A DNA stretch of 64,000 bases from an uncultured delta proteobacterium (GTDB lineage: Bacteria; Myxococcota_A; Polyangia; Polyangiales; Polyangiaceae). The stretch lies in contig CAWKKR010000011.1 in NCBI GenBank assembly GCA_963850305.1, positions 320,001 to 384,000 of the forward strand. The letters are read 5' to 3'. The notes under the pieces are model-generated. The model made no database searches. It was given only the letters and a program-made list of their open reading frames with translations, and was not told the DNA's origin. Shown piece after piece: positions 8,665 through 19,415 of this stretch. Position numbers and translations under genes: made by a program. The first letter of the stretch is position 1; every line of letters begins with the position of its first letter.

Positions 8665-11037
8665 CTACCGGCCGAGGGCTTCGGCGCGGTTCACGATCCG
8701 CGGCGTGAGGAAGATCACGAGCTCGCCGCGCGTGTCGCTCGACTTCCGGTGCTGGAAGAGCAAGCCGAGGAGAGGGATGTCGCCGAAGAAGGGGACCTGG
8801 GAGAGATTGCGGCCCGTGTTGCGGGTGTAGATACCGCCGATGACGGCCGTATGCCCGTCCATGACGAGCAGATCCGTCTCGGCTTCACGCTTGAGGATGG
8901 TCGGATCGCCTCGGGCAGAGGTTTGGTTGAAGTCGGGCTCGTCGCGGTTGATCTTCACGTGCATCGACACGCTGCCATCGGCGGTGACGTGCGGCTTGAC
9001 GAGAAGCTGGAGCTTCGCTTCCTGGAAGGTGGTCTGAACGCCCTGGGCGCTGACCTGCGAGAAGGGAATCAAGGTGCCCTGCGCGATGCGCGCTTCGTGG
9101 TTGTCGAGGGTCAGGATGCGCGGGCTCGACAGAATGCGCAACATACCGTTCGACTCGGCCGCCGACAGACGCAGGCTGAGGTTGAAGTTGTTGTCGACCG
9201 ACCCTAGCGAGAGCCCGATCGCCCCACCGCTCCCGACGCCGACCGCTGCGGGAAGGTTCACGGCGAAGTTCGGACTCGCGACGGTTGGCGTGAACGGCGA
9301 GAGGCCGCCGGTGGGGCCGATGCCCGTCGAACCACCGATGATGCCGACGCTGTTCGGGAACGCGAGCCCGGTCGGGTTACCGGTCGCGGCGGAGAACGTC
9401 GCGTCGCCACCCCACTGGATGCCGATGTCGTTGAGGTAGCTGCTCGTGGCTTCCACGATCCGCGCTTCGACGAGGACCTGCGGGGTCTGAGTGTCGAGGG
9501 AGCGCGTGAGCTCCTCGATCTGATCGAGGTTGCCCGCGACGTCGCGCACGATGAGCACGTTGGTGCGCGCGTCCACGGCGATGGAGCCGCGCGGCGAGAG
9601 TAGATCGCGCGCGCGCGCCTGGATCTCGTTGGCCTGTGCGTAGCTGACCGGGATGAGGCGTGTCTCGAGCGGCGCGAGCTGGAGCTCCTGCCGGCGGCGC
9701 GCGATCGCCATCTCCCGCTCCTTCTCGAGCTGAGCGAGCGGCGCGACGCGAATGATGCTGCCGGTCTGCACCATGCCGAGGTTCTTCGACTGGAGCACGA
9801 CCTCGAGCGCTTGATCCCAGGGGATGTTGCGCATGCGGATCGTGATGGATCCCTGAACGTCGTCGGACGTGACGACGTTCACACGACCGACGTCGGCGAG
9901 GAGCCGGAGCACGTTGTGGATGTCCGCGTCCTTGAGGTCCAGATCGATACGCCGCCCGTCGAATTTGCCGGGCGGGGCGTCTGCGACTTCGCCGGCCATG
10001 GCCGGCGTGAATGCGGCGGCGGCCCCGGACACCGTGCGCTCGACCGGACCGGACGGGTCTGCGCGGCGATAATCCGTGGTCACGACGGGAATGCCACGGA
10101 TCTGATCGTCGATATGGAGCGTGCGCGCCTTGCGTGCGATGCCGCCGTCGAAGGCCACGCCGGTGACCGTCGTGGGCAAGCTCCCGGGCTTGAAGAAGCT
10201 CCAGACGAGCTCGGTGCCGCGACGGGTGATGGTGGTGTCGAGGGTCGAGTCGCTCTCCGCCTCGAGCGTGACGGAGCGCGTCGCCGGGTCGCCGAACGAC
10301 GACACCGCGGAGAGGAGCCCGCCGAACGCGGTCACGTCGAGCTTGCGCTCGAGCGACGGCGGAATGGCGGTTCCCTGAAGCACGAGGCGACGGTGCCCGT
10401 TTTCGGCCTTCGACTCGTCGTATTTCGGAACGCTGGAGAGCTCCAGAGTGACGTCGTCCTCCGCACCCTTGTGGTCGAAGTGAACGTCGAGGAGACGAGG
10501 CGCGGCCTCGGCCGCGACGGCCGGCGCGCCCAGCTTGACATCCCGGAGGTCCTCGACGCCCGGAGTGCCCGGTCGCACGCGGATGACGAGCTGTTTCCCG
10601 TCCACGGCGATGGCGTACTTCGCGTCCTCGAGGAGCGTCACGAGGATACGGGTCGTCGTACCGGTGCTGGTCTTGAAGGCCTGGGTCATCACGCCACCGA
10701 TGACGCCCACCCTTTCGGTGAGGGCCGGGGCGGCGCCGGCCACGTCCGAGCCGGACACGTCGACGATGAGCCTCCGGTCCCCCTTGTCGAGCCGCGCGTT
10801 GAACGTCGGCTCGGCGGTGAACGTGACCACGACCTCCGCCGCGCGAGGCGCTTCGAGCGGCCGAACCTCGACGCGAGTCGCCTGGGGCTCTGCCGCCCGG
10901 GTGGGACCGGCAGCGCCGAGGAGCATCGCTCCCAGCAGCCAGGCGAAGCCTCGAGATGGGCGCAGGACCCGCTCAGACCTCGTTTCGGGCGGCACGGAGG
11001 AGGCGGTGGAGGTTTCTGGCGACGAAAAAGAGCTCAT
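8665..11037 (-). CDS. pilQ: Type IV pilus secretin PilQ with N-terminal AMIN-like region
   Basis: 'IDLDLKDADIHNVLR', 'NIPWDQAL', 'QVLVEARIVE', 'ELVIFLTPRI'; last gene of pilMNOPQ. Confidence 0.95.
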   Translation of the reverse strand: MSSFSSPETSTASSVPPETRSERVLRPSRGFAWLLGAMLLGAAGPTRAAEPQATRVEVRPLEAPRAAEVVVTFTAEPTFNARLDKGDRRLIVDVSGSDVAGAAPALTERVGVIGGVMTQAFKTSTGTTTRILVTLLEDAKYAIAVDGKQLVIRVRPGTPGVEDLRDVKLGAPAVAAEAAPRLLDVHFDHKGAEDDVTLELSSVPKYDESKAENGHRRLVLQGTAIPPSLERKLDVTAFGGLLSAVSSFGDPATRSVTLEAESDSTLDTTITRRGTELVWSFFKPGSLPTTVTGVAFDGGIARKARTLHIDDQIRGIPVVTTDYRRADPSGPVERTVSGAAAAFTPAMAGEVADAPPGKFDGRRIDLDLKDADIHNVLRLLADVGRVNVVTSDDVQGSITIRMRNIPWDQALEVVLQSKNLGMVQTGSIIRVAPLAQLEKEREMAIARRRQELQLAPLETRLIPVSYAQANEIQARARDLLSPRGSIAVDARTNVLIVRDVAGNLDQIEELTRSLDTQTPQVLVEARIVEATSSYLNDIGIQWGGDATFSAATGNPTGLAFPNSVGIIGGSTGIGPTGGLSPFTPTVASPNFAVNLPAAVGVGSGGAIGLSLGSVDNNFNLSLRLSAAESNGMLRILSSPRILTLDNHEARIAQGTLIPFSQVSAQGVQTTFQEAKLQLLVKPHVTADGSVSMHVKINRDEPDFNQTSARGDPTILKREAETDLLVMDGHTAVIGGIYTRNTGRNLSQVPFFGDIPLLGLLFQHRKSSDTRGELVIFLTPRIVNRAEALGR

Positions 11038-11140
11038 TTAGGCTCCGACAAGACGGAAGGCCGCACACTGGCGTGGGCATTCTCTGGTTCTACGGAAGCG
11101 TAACGTGCCCCGATCGGCGCGAACAAATTCCGCGCTTATT

Positions 11141-11749
11141 TTATTGGAGCGCGGCCTGTTCCTGTTCGGACTCGGGGCGGAGTTCGATGATCCGGGTGGC
11201 GCTCGGCACGTCGGGATTCGACGGATCGTCACGCACGAGCACGACATCCGAATCGCGGATGCGCTCGACACGCCAGTTGATCTCGTATTCGGCTCCGCTT
11301 GCGCCCCCCTGGACGGTCTCCGCGTGCCCGATGAACTGTCCGCGGACGATGATGTGCCCCTTGCCCGTCGGATCGACGAAGAGCGCACGCTCGGGCTGAA
11401 TACGTGTCACGATGCCGACGAGTTTCAGCTCGTCGATCGAGTACTGGTCGAGCACGACCTCGCGCTGGGACTTGACCTTGCTGCGCGCCTCCTCCGCAAA
11501 CTCCTTCGCGAAGGAACGGAATGGGTCACGGCTCCGGTCGCCCTCCTGGAAATCGGTTTCCTGGAATTCGACGGCGGGAGGCGGCTCGGTTGCGATTTTC
11601 GCCTTCTGATCCACCGGTTTCGTGGTCGCTGTCTTGGCAGAAGCAGCGGAGGACGCCCCCAGGATCGGCGTCGGCTTGGACACCTCCCCGCCGCAAGCCG
11701 CGAGCAGCGGGACGAGCCAGAGGGACTTGAGAACCTTGGTGGACCCCAT
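11141..11749 (-). CDS. pilP: Type IV pilus assembly lipoprotein PilP
   Basis: Lipobox LAAC, 'RDPF', 'LDQYSIDELKLVGI'; position in operon. Confidence 0.9.
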   Translation of the reverse strand: MGSTKVLKSLWLVPLLAACGGEVSKPTPILGASSAASAKTATTKPVDQKAKIATEPPPAVEFQETDFQEGDRSRDPFRSFAKEFAEEARSKVKSQREVVLDQYSIDELKLVGIVTRIQPERALFVDPTGKGHIIVRGQFIGHAETVQGGASGAEYEINWRVERIRDSDVVLVRDDPSNPDVPSATRIIELRPESEQEQAALQ

Positions 11750-11752
11750 GAC

Positions 11753-12346
11753 TCACGGTCCCTTCTTCGGTCGCTTCGACTCGTCGATGGAGTGGAACGC
11801 GGTGGCGAGCGCCGTCACCTTGAGCATGACGTCGTCTCCTTTGACCGTCGGATCGGTGAGCGCAATGTTTTCCATGTTGATGATGCGATCGAGCTGTCCG
11901 ACGTCGTAGAAGAATTTCGCGATCTGGTGGTAGCGCCCCTCGAGCTCCACCTTCATCGGAACGCGAGCATAGAATTGTTGGGGAACTTCGTCCTGCGGCG
12001 TCCATGCGAACAGGTTGACGCCCGCAACGTTGGCGACGGACTGAACCGCGCTCAGGAATGCCGGATACTCCGTGGTCGCGGGCAGGATCTTGTTTAGCTC
12101 CCGCTGCCGTTGCTGTCGGTCGGCCAGTTCCGCCAGATCGAGCTGGTAAGCGTGCTGCGCCTTGTTCGCCTCGGCAAGCTCGGATTCGAGCTGCTTCTGG
12201 CGGCTCTTTTCGGCGGTGATGCTCGTGGCGAGATCGCCGTAGAACACGACGAAGTAGACGACCCCCGCGAGGAGCATCAGCGCGAGCCCGATGCCGATCT
12301 TCGCAGGCAGGTTCAGGCGTGAGAGCGCACTCGGTCCCTTCGCCAT
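11753..12346 (-). CDS. pilO: Type IV pilus assembly protein PilO
   Basis: N-terminal TM, coiled coil, 'GRYHQIAKFFYDVGQLDRII'. Confidence 0.9.
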   Translation of the reverse strand: MAKGPSALSRLNLPAKIGIGLALMLLAGVVYFVVFYGDLATSITAEKSRQKQLESELAEANKAQHAYQLDLAELADRQQRQRELNKILPATTEYPAFLSAVQSVANVAGVNLFAWTPQDEVPQQFYARVPMKVELEGRYHQIAKFFYDVGQLDRIINMENIALTDPTVKGDDVMLKVTALATAFHSIDESKRPKKGP

Positions 12347-12347
12347 A

Positions 12348-12983
12348 TCAGTACCGTGCCTTTGCTTCGAGCTGGAACTCGACGAGATCCATGCCGGCTT
12401 CCTGCGAATGAACTTTCTTCGCGGGCAGCAGCTTGACGTCCGCGAAATAGCTGGACAGCGCCATGCGGCGAGCGAGCTCGCTCACGTCTTCACCATCGCG
12501 CGCCGTTCCCTGGATCCGAACCTGGCGCATGTTGTCGATGTAACGGGTGATCCAGAGCCGCCGGGCGTCCCAGCCGGGGTTGTAAACGGCGAGAGGGTTG
12601 TCACGCCGGAGCTGGGCGAGACGGTCGGGATCGACGCTCGGCCCGCGTCCTGGGGTGAGCATGCGCGCCAGCTCGAGGAGCACCGCCGTGGGTCCGGTTC
12701 GGGCACTCTGGAGCTTCGCTATCGCGTCCTCGCGAGCCCGAAGCGTTTCGAGCTGTGCTTTGACGTCATTGTGATTCTTGACTGCAGCCTTCGATTGGTC
12801 GATCTGCGACGACAGCTCGGCGTTCTTCCGGGTCTGGGCGACGAGCTCTTCTTTCTTGTTCCCGTGGTAGATGAAGAAGCCCACCGCCTCGAGCGCCACC
12901 AGGAGCACCAGGACGACAGCCCACAGCTGACCGCCGTCGGACTGGGCCCGTCGTTTCTGGGTCAGCAGGTTGATGCGAATCAC
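12348..12983 (-). CDS. pilN: Type IV pilus assembly protein PilN
   Basis: GTG start overlapping the pilM stop gives the conserved 'IRINLL' N-terminus, then TM and coiled coil. Confidence 0.9.
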   Translation of the reverse strand: MIRINLLTQKRRAQSDGGQLWAVVLVLLVALEAVGFFIYHGNKKEELVAQTRKNAELSSQIDQSKAAVKNHNDVKAQLETLRAREDAIAKLQSARTGPTAVLLELARMLTPGRGPSVDPDRLAQLRRDNPLAVYNPGWDARRLWITRYIDNMRQVRIQGTARDGEDVSELARRMALSSYFADVKLLPAKKVHSQEAGMDLVEFQLEAKARY

Positions 12984-14044
12984 GAACGCACCTCGCGGTT
13001 CTTGCGAAGCCCGAGGCCGAGCGCGACGGACAGCTGGGCGGCGCGTGCCTGAAGTAGCTGCCGGTCGACCTCCTTCGCTTCCACGACGATGCGCTCGGTG
13101 GGGGCCCACACTTCGACCGGAACGCGAGACCTGCGCTGGATGGCCTGGCTCAAGGGGATGAGGTTCGACGAGCCACCCGTGACGTAGATGCGCGCGATTT
13201 CGCCTTCGCCCGTGGTCGCCATGAAAAAGTCCAGACTGCGCTGGATCTCACCGGCGATGGAGTCCGTCACGGACTCGATCACGCGCGCGGCCTGCTCCGG
13301 CACGATCCCGGGACCGGTCGGACCTTCGCCGCCGCACTTGTAGGCTTCGGCCTGGTCGTAGGGGACCCCGAGCTGCTTCTGGATCTCTTCGGTGATCACG
13401 TTGCCGCCGTTCGCGATCTCCCGGGTGAATGCGCTCACCCCGTTGGCGACGATGTTCAGCGATGACAGGCTCGCTCCGACGTTGATTAGGGCGACCGATT
13501 GATCCAGCGGAAGACCGCGCGAAACTTCGAACAGGTTCTGGACGGTGAATGCGTCGATGTCGCAGACCAGCGGCTTCAGCTTGGCGTCGCGAGCCAGCTG
13601 CACGAAATCGTTGATCTGGTCCCGCTTCGCGGCGACGAGGAGTAGATCCATCTGGCTCGCCTCAGGGCGGCGCCGGAGGACCTGATAATCGACCTGCACA
13701 TCCTTGATGTCGAACGGGATGTGCTGCTCCGCCTCCCAGTGGATCTGCTCCTCGAGCTCGGCAGGCGTCATCATGGGGACGGTGATCTTCCGGATGATGA
13801 CGGATTGCCCCGAAACACTGAGCGCGACCTCTCTTTGCCGGATCTTCCCGTCCGTGAATGCCTTCTGGATGGCCTCGATGACGCGGCCCGCATCCATGAC
13901 CTGGCCGTCCACGATCGTCTGCGGCGCCAGATGAGCGAATCCCAGTCGCTGGAGCGTGAAGCCCTTCCGGCTTTCCTTCACCTGGCAGACTTTGACCGAA
14001 CTGGTCCCGATATCGACACCGACCAGGTTATTGCCTTCAGCCAT
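12980..14044 (-). CDS. pilM: Type IV pilus assembly protein PilM (actin-like fold)
   Basis: 'VGVDIGTSSVK', 'EAEQHIPF', 'EIQRSLDFF', 'VALGLGLR'; ATG at 14044 with GAGG RBS. Confidence 0.95.
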   Translation of the reverse strand: MAEGNNLVGVDIGTSSVKVCQVKESRKGFTLQRLGFAHLAPQTIVDGQVMDAGRVIEAIQKAFTDGKIRQREVALSVSGQSVIIRKITVPMMTPAELEEQIHWEAEQHIPFDIKDVQVDYQVLRRRPEASQMDLLLVAAKRDQINDFVQLARDAKLKPLVCDIDAFTVQNLFEVSRGLPLDQSVALINVGASLSSLNIVANGVSAFTREIANGGNVITEEIQKQLGVPYDQAEAYKCGGEGPTGPGIVPEQAARVIESVTDSIAGEIQRSLDFFMATTGEGEIARIYVTGGSSNLIPLSQAIQRRSRVPVEVWAPTERIVVEAKEVDRQLLQARAAQLSVALGLGLRKNREVRS

Positions 14045-14146
14045 AAATTCCTCGTCCCGGGCTCTCGACGAACCCTGGCATGCGAAAGTCTGGCACCCGG
14101 GGTGAAGAACCGCCAAGAAAGGCGAGGGTCGCCCGTGCAGCTGACG

Positions 14147-16690
14147 CTAGTTCTCGAAGCGAGACGCGTGCGGGGTCATGGGCCGCGCGACGGCATAAAG
14201 GACGCTCTCGTCGTATCGATCGAGGGGCGAATTCTGGGTTTCGGCCCGGTTCACGAACGCCGGGTGGCGGGAGCCGCGATCGAGGCCCACGACGCGCGCA
14301 CAACCTTCCGAGATCAGGGTGGATGCCAGCGGATCGCTCGAGTCGTGTCTCCCGAGCGCGACGAGGACTCGTCCCGCGTCCGTAACGCACAGGGCGCCCC
14401 TTTCCCGGGTTCCGCCGCGGTCCGACGCACGTGGGTCGATGATGCCGCGGTCGGCGAGCAACGGTAGCTGTACCGCGTCTTCCCCAGCGACGAGCGCCGG
14501 ACGCTCGCCGGGCGAAAGGATGCGGGGCGCGCGACTCGGCGCGAGCACCACCGTGGCGTACGTCTGGCGAAGATCGAGCGACGCCTGGCCGTCGAAGACG
14601 AGTCCATATCGAAGTGCGTCGGTGGTGTGGCCGAGACCCACCGCGGCAACCACACGCCCTTCGAGCCCTGCCTCGAGACCGATCTTTTTCGGACGTGCCC
14701 CGGAGGCGCTCGGTTCGTCGGAACCGGCGCGAACCAGCCAGTCCACGCGACCCGGATCGAACGCGACGAGTTCGATCTCGAGCTCCCCGAGGCGACGGGT
14801 CGCCCGGAAAATGGACGGTATCCACGTCGGGGATGGCTGAGCGCCCTCGGATTTCTGCCAGTTCAGACCGGACGGATCCGACGGGTTCTGATTCCTTAGC
14901 ATCACATAAAAGAAGTCCTTGTCCGACCCGAGAACGTACCGACTCGGGTTGATGTTCATGCCGGAGTCCGCAAGGCGGTAGCTTCCGTTCTTCCAGTCCG
15001 TCGGGTTCGCGTGCATGAAGACGAAGCCGCAGTGGCGCGGGTTCATGTCGAGGTGTATGGCAAAGTCACATCCCGCCTGCTTGAGCGCTCGCGCGAGCCC
15101 ACTTCCGGAGATGTCTCGCCCCCACGCGTAATAGACATGACCGGCCGGTGTCAGGCACATCGCGGTGCGCTCGGTCAGCGAGCTCTCGCCCGCAACCTGC
15201 CAGCCCCAGATATGTCGCCCAGCCGGGTTCACGGCAGTGCCATCGACGAGCGGGTCGAGGTTCTGCCGGAAAGAAACGACCTCGCGCGGGACCTCGGCGG
15301 ACACAGGCCACGTGCCGAACCGGGCGTCACCGTCCCGCATGACCATCACGGTTGCCGCTCCGGGAACGGGCGGAAGCAGGATGCGACCATCCACCATCAT
15401 GCCGTACGCGCCGTGCTCGGCCTTGAACGCACCGTTGAACGCGGCGACGACGCGCGACATGATCGTGTTCCGCGGGATCCTGCCGGTTCCGGGCGGACCC
15501 ACCGCCGGCTGGGGCTCCTCGTAGCCCCCTTCCATGCCTAGCTCGAGCTGGCGCATGTCCATCGCGACGAGGAGCACCTCGGTGTAGGGGCGCTCCGGAT
15601 CCGGACGGATGAACGTCGTGAAGAAATACGGCGGCGGAGCCTTGCCGGACTCGGACGCGAGCGTCGGCAAGAAGGAGTATCGAACGGACGACCACTGGCC
15701 TTCACCCGCTTGAGGGGTCTCCCAGAGAGAGGGAATGGGCGGCGGTGGCCACCCCGTGTGGATCCCCACCTCTTCCGACGGTCGAAGGACGTACGCGACG
15801 GGAGGCGTGAGCCTCGGCTTCAGACGAGATCGGGAGCCGCCGACGAGAGCCGATGTCGCCCGCTGCCCGAGATCTCGCATCGCGAAGACCCTGTTTTCGA
15901 TCCACGCGACCGGTGTGGGGCCAATGAGATCGCGAACCCAATCGACCGCCCACGAGATCGTGCTGCGTCCGCGATAATCCGTTCGAGCGGATCGAAGAAT
16001 CCCCTGGCTCGCCTGATCGGCGCGTAACTCGGCCGTGTCCAAATCCATGGACGCGCTCGCCGTGGGATCAGTCGTCTCGATCGACAACCGTGAGGGCTCG
16101 AGCTGGAAGGTTGCGGCGCGCGCCGGCGAGTCGAGCGCCACTTCGGTCCGGCCGATGCCGGCGAGGGAACCGGTGCGCCGAAGCGACGTCAGGGCCAGGA
16201 GGGCGCGATCCGCGAGCGATGCCGGCCGATCGCCCGGCGTAACGCCGCGCAGGTCGAGCACGGTGATGCCCTGAACACGACCGAAGGCAGTCGTCGCAAA
16301 GACGGCATTCGGACCCTCGACCTCCAGACCCGATTCGTCCCCCAGGGGCGTATCGGTGAGGTTGCGCAGTCCGGCAGGCTCGATCGGCTGGCCTTCGGCG
16401 GAAAGGCGAACCCGGGCCCGGTAGAGATCGCGCGCCGACGAGCCTCGCCTCCTGGCGAGAAAAAGCACTCGGCGTCCGAGGAGCGCCTCGGCGACGATCC
16501 CTCTGCCCGGTTCCCATTTCACCTCGTTCGAGAGAACCGTTCCCTCTACGTATCCGCCGAGCATGCTCGCCAGGCCCTCGACGCTGCGCGGCGGCGGCGA
16601 AGGGCGCAATAAAGCGCCGACCGCGCCGCACAGCGCGGCGAGCGCGATGATGCGCGACCGTCTCCTGAGATACGCGATAAGTCGCGTCAT
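14147..16690 (-). CDS. Membrane-anchored protein with phosphodiester glycosidase (NAGPA/DUF2233)-like domain(s)
   Basis: 847 aa; 'AAFNGAFK', 'AIHLDMN' and a second 'GLDRGS' motif resemble the NAGPA signature; family call tentative. Confidence 0.6.
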   Translation of the reverse strand: MTRLIAYLRRRSRIIALAALCGAVGALLRPSPPPRSVEGLASMLGGYVEGTVLSNEVKWEPGRGIVAEALLGRRVLFLARRRGSSARDLYRARVRLSAEGQPIEPAGLRNLTDTPLGDESGLEVEGPNAVFATTAFGRVQGITVLDLRGVTPGDRPASLADRALLALTSLRRTGSLAGIGRTEVALDSPARAATFQLEPSRLSIETTDPTASASMDLDTAELRADQASQGILRSARTDYRGRSTISWAVDWVRDLIGPTPVAWIENRVFAMRDLGQRATSALVGGSRSRLKPRLTPPVAYVLRPSEEVGIHTGWPPPPIPSLWETPQAGEGQWSSVRYSFLPTLASESGKAPPPYFFTTFIRPDPERPYTEVLLVAMDMRQLELGMEGGYEEPQPAVGPPGTGRIPRNTIMSRVVAAFNGAFKAEHGAYGMMVDGRILLPPVPGAATVMVMRDGDARFGTWPVSAEVPREVVSFRQNLDPLVDGTAVNPAGRHIWGWQVAGESSLTERTAMCLTPAGHVYYAWGRDISGSGLARALKQAGCDFAIHLDMNPRHCGFVFMHANPTDWKNGSYRLADSGMNINPSRYVLGSDKDFFYVMLRNQNPSDPSGLNWQKSEGAQPSPTWIPSIFRATRRLGELEIELVAFDPGRVDWLVRAGSDEPSASGARPKKIGLEAGLEGRVVAAVGLGHTTDALRYGLVFDGQASLDLRQTYATVVLAPSRAPRILSPGERPALVAGEDAVQLPLLADRGIIDPRASDRGGTRERGALCVTDAGRVLVALGRHDSSDPLASTLISEGCARVVGLDRGSRHPAFVNRAETQNSPLDRYDESVLYAVARPMTPHASRFEN

Positions 16691-16820
16691 CGTAGAATTG
16701 GAGACGGCCTAATACGACAACGGATCCGAGCGCAAGCCGAGCAGCGAACCCGCGTCACGACGAGAACCTGCGTCCGCTCTTGTGAACTGCCGGCTCGGCT
16801 GTTACGAAACGAGGCCGCGC

Positions 16821-17639
16821 GTGGCGAATAGCAACCTTGCCGCTCGGCTCCTGACGGCCGCCGTCGTCGCCCCCGTGCTGCTCGGGACGCTCTTCTTCGG
16901 GCCGCCGATCGCCTGGTACGCCATCATCTTCGGAGCCTCGCTCGTCGGCGCGAGCGAGTTCTTCGGGATGACGCACCCGAACGATCGAATCGCGCGCATG
17001 ATCGGAATCGTTCAGACGGGCGCAGTCTCGGTGACGCTCTATTTCGGCAGCGGCGACGCCCGGGTCCTCGTCACGTTGCTCGCCGCGGTGACGATTTGCG
17101 GTGCGCTGGTGCCGCTGATTCGCCTCGGGCGCATCGAGGACGCGGCCCTTCGAGTCATGGCCGGCGTGACGGGTCCGCTCTATGTCGGGGGGCTCGTCAC
17201 GACGCTCGCCCTGCTTCGACGCGACCAGGGGGCTCTCGGCCCTCCGTATGTGCTCCTGACGCTGATGCTAGCCTGGCTAGGCGACACAGGTGGCTACTTC
17301 GCTGGTCGATTCCTGGGCAAGACGAAACTCTACGAGGCCGTAAGCCCCAAGAAAACCCGCGAAGGCTTCATCGGGTCGCTCGGCGGTTCCGCCTGTGGCG
17401 CGCTCCTCGCACATTTCTGGTACCTGCCTACGTTGCCCTTCGGGCGCGGCCTCTTGCTGGCGGTCTTGGGCGGTGCGCTCGGGCAGATGGGCGACCTCGT
17501 GGAGTCTCTTCTCAAGCGCTCGACGGGCATCAAGGACTCGGGATGGATCGTGCCGGGGCACGGCGGGATCCTGGATCGCATCGACGCGCTTTTGGTCGTG
17601 GGCCCGATCGTATATCTCTACACGATCTGGTGGCACTAG
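16821..17639 (+). CDS. cdsA: Phosphatidate cytidylyltransferase
   Basis: Multi-TM; 'SPKKTREG', 'GDLVESLLKR', 'KDSG..VPGHGGILDRID'. Confidence 0.95.
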   Translation: MANSNLAARLLTAAVVAPVLLGTLFFGPPIAWYAIIFGASLVGASEFFGMTHPNDRIARMIGIVQTGAVSVTLYFGSGDARVLVTLLAAVTICGALVPLIRLGRIEDAALRVMAGVTGPLYVGGLVTTLALLRRDQGALGPPYVLLTLMLAWLGDTGGYFAGRFLGKTKLYEAVSPKKTREGFIGSLGGSACGALLAHFWYLPTLPFGRGLLLAVLGGALGQMGDLVESLLKRSTGIKDSGWIVPGHGGILDRIDALLVVGPIVYLYTIWWH

Positions 17640-17725
17640 GCGTCGAGAGCGCCACCCCGAACGACGCTTCGATATCGTCCGCGATCGGCTGGCCCCTTGG
17701 CCTCCGGACGTGTAGAACCGATCGT

Positions 17726-18992
17726 GTGAGCACCGACGGAAACGACTTTTTCGACGTAGTGCAGAGTCACCTGACCCGCGCCGCAGAGCTCGTCCGAGTT
17801 CCAAAGCACGTACACACGATCCTCGCTCAACCCAAGACGGAGATCATCGTTAACTTCCCCGTGAAGATGGACGACGGGCAGTATCGCCTGTTCAAGGGGT
17901 ACCGCATCCAGCACTCGAACATTCTCGGCCCCTACAAGGGCGGCCTCCGGTTCCACGAAGTGACGTCGCTCGACGAGCTGAAGGCGCTCGCCGCACTGAT
18001 GACGTGGAAGTGTTCGCTGATGGGGCTTCCTTTCGGAGGCGCAAAAGGAGGCATCAAATTCAATCCGAGAGAAACGTCGAAGGGTGAGCTCGAACGGATC
18101 ACACGTCGCTTCTTTCATGCGCTCGGGAGCAACGTGGGCCCCGACTACGACATCCCCGCCCCCGACGTCGGAACGAACGAGCAAGTCATGGCGTGGGCAA
18201 TGGACACGTACATGAACACCGTCGGTACGGTCAGCAAGCAAAACGCAATGGGCGTCGTCACGGGCAAGCCCGTCAACAGCGGCGGGACGCCCGGCCGCTC
18301 GAAGGCGACGGGACAAGGACTAGTTCACTGCATCCGCGAATGGGCGGACCGGAACGACTTCGATCTGCAGGGCAAGAAGCTCATCGTCCAGGGGTACGGC
18401 AACGTCGGGTCGAACCTGGCTGTTCTCCTCGGGCAGCTGGGCGTTTCTCTGGTCGCGGTCGGCGACCACTCCGGGTATCTCTACAACCCGGAGGGGTTCA
18501 ACGAGCACCGCCTCCAGCAGTTCGTCCAGGAACAGGGCAGCATTTCGGGGTACCCGAACGCCGTCGAAGATCACGCGCGAAGAGTTCTTCGGGACCGAGG
18601 CCGACATCTTCGTCCCGGCGGCACTCGAGAACCAGCTGGGAGAAAAGGAAGCGAGTCTCCTCAAGGTGCGCCTCGTGGCCGAGGGAGCGAACGGCCCGAC
18701 CACCCCCGACGGCGACCGGGTGCTCGCGGAACGACGGATCTTCGTGATCCCGGACGTTCTCGCGAATGCGGGCGGCGTCACCGTCAGTTATTACGAATGG
18801 GTCCAGAATCGACGGAGCGAAAAGTGGACGCTCGAAGAAGTAGAGGGCCGTCTCGAAAACGCGATGCGACATACCTATCAGCGCGTGACGGACTTCGCCG
18901 AGAAGCACGACGCGGATCTCCGGACGGCGTGCTACGCGGTCGCACTCGAACGCCTTGCGCAGACGTACCTCGAGCGCGGCATCTTCCCCTGA
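17726..18992 (+). CDS. gdhA: Glu/Leu/Phe/Val dehydrogenase (glutamate dehydrogenase-like); +1 frameshift near 18562
   Basis: 'GPYKGGLRF', 'GGAKGG', 'PAPDV', 'QGYGNVG' in one frame; 'EGANGP', 'PDVLANAGGVTVSYYEW' in the next. Confidence 0.85.
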
Positions 18993-19160
18993 AGACCGCG
19001 TGGCGCTGGTCTCTGACGGGGGCTGGGTAAGCCGTGTGCGACCGACCGGATCGGCCAAAATCGTGAGTCCTCGGCCCCAATCTGCTTGCGCCGGACGTTG
19101 ACCGGTGGGTATAGCGAGGTCGGTTTGCGGACCCGGACCCCGCAGCCAAGGAGGCCGTTC

Positions 19161-19415
19161 GTGAAGGAACTCGTTCGCTATCTGCTCGACAACCTATATA
19201 TAGATTTCCAGGGTGAGATCTCGGTCGAGAAGGTCCGCGAGTTCCTCCGGGAGGACGACACGCGCGAGGCGCGACGTCTCCTCGCCAAGATCATCGAGGA
19301 GAAGGGGGTCGATGACCTCCTCATCACCCTCGCGGACTGCCTGAAAGATCATGTTCGGACCGGCATCACGGATGACAAGGTCCGTGAACAGCTCCAGCTC
19401 TACTCGGACAGCTGA
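19161..19415 (+). CDS. Small hypothetical protein (84 aa)
   Basis: GTG start after AAGGAGG RBS; strong GC3 bias; MKELVRYLLDNLYIDFQG... Confidence 0.75.
   Translation: MKELVRYLLDNLYIDFQGEISVEKVREFLREDDTREARRLLAKIIEEKGVDDLLITLADCLKDHVRTGITDDKVREQLQLYSDS

Noticed and set aside
18555..18575. Programmed frameshift in gdhA
   Set aside because: No slippery heptamer or stimulatory structure; similar single-base indels recur across the window
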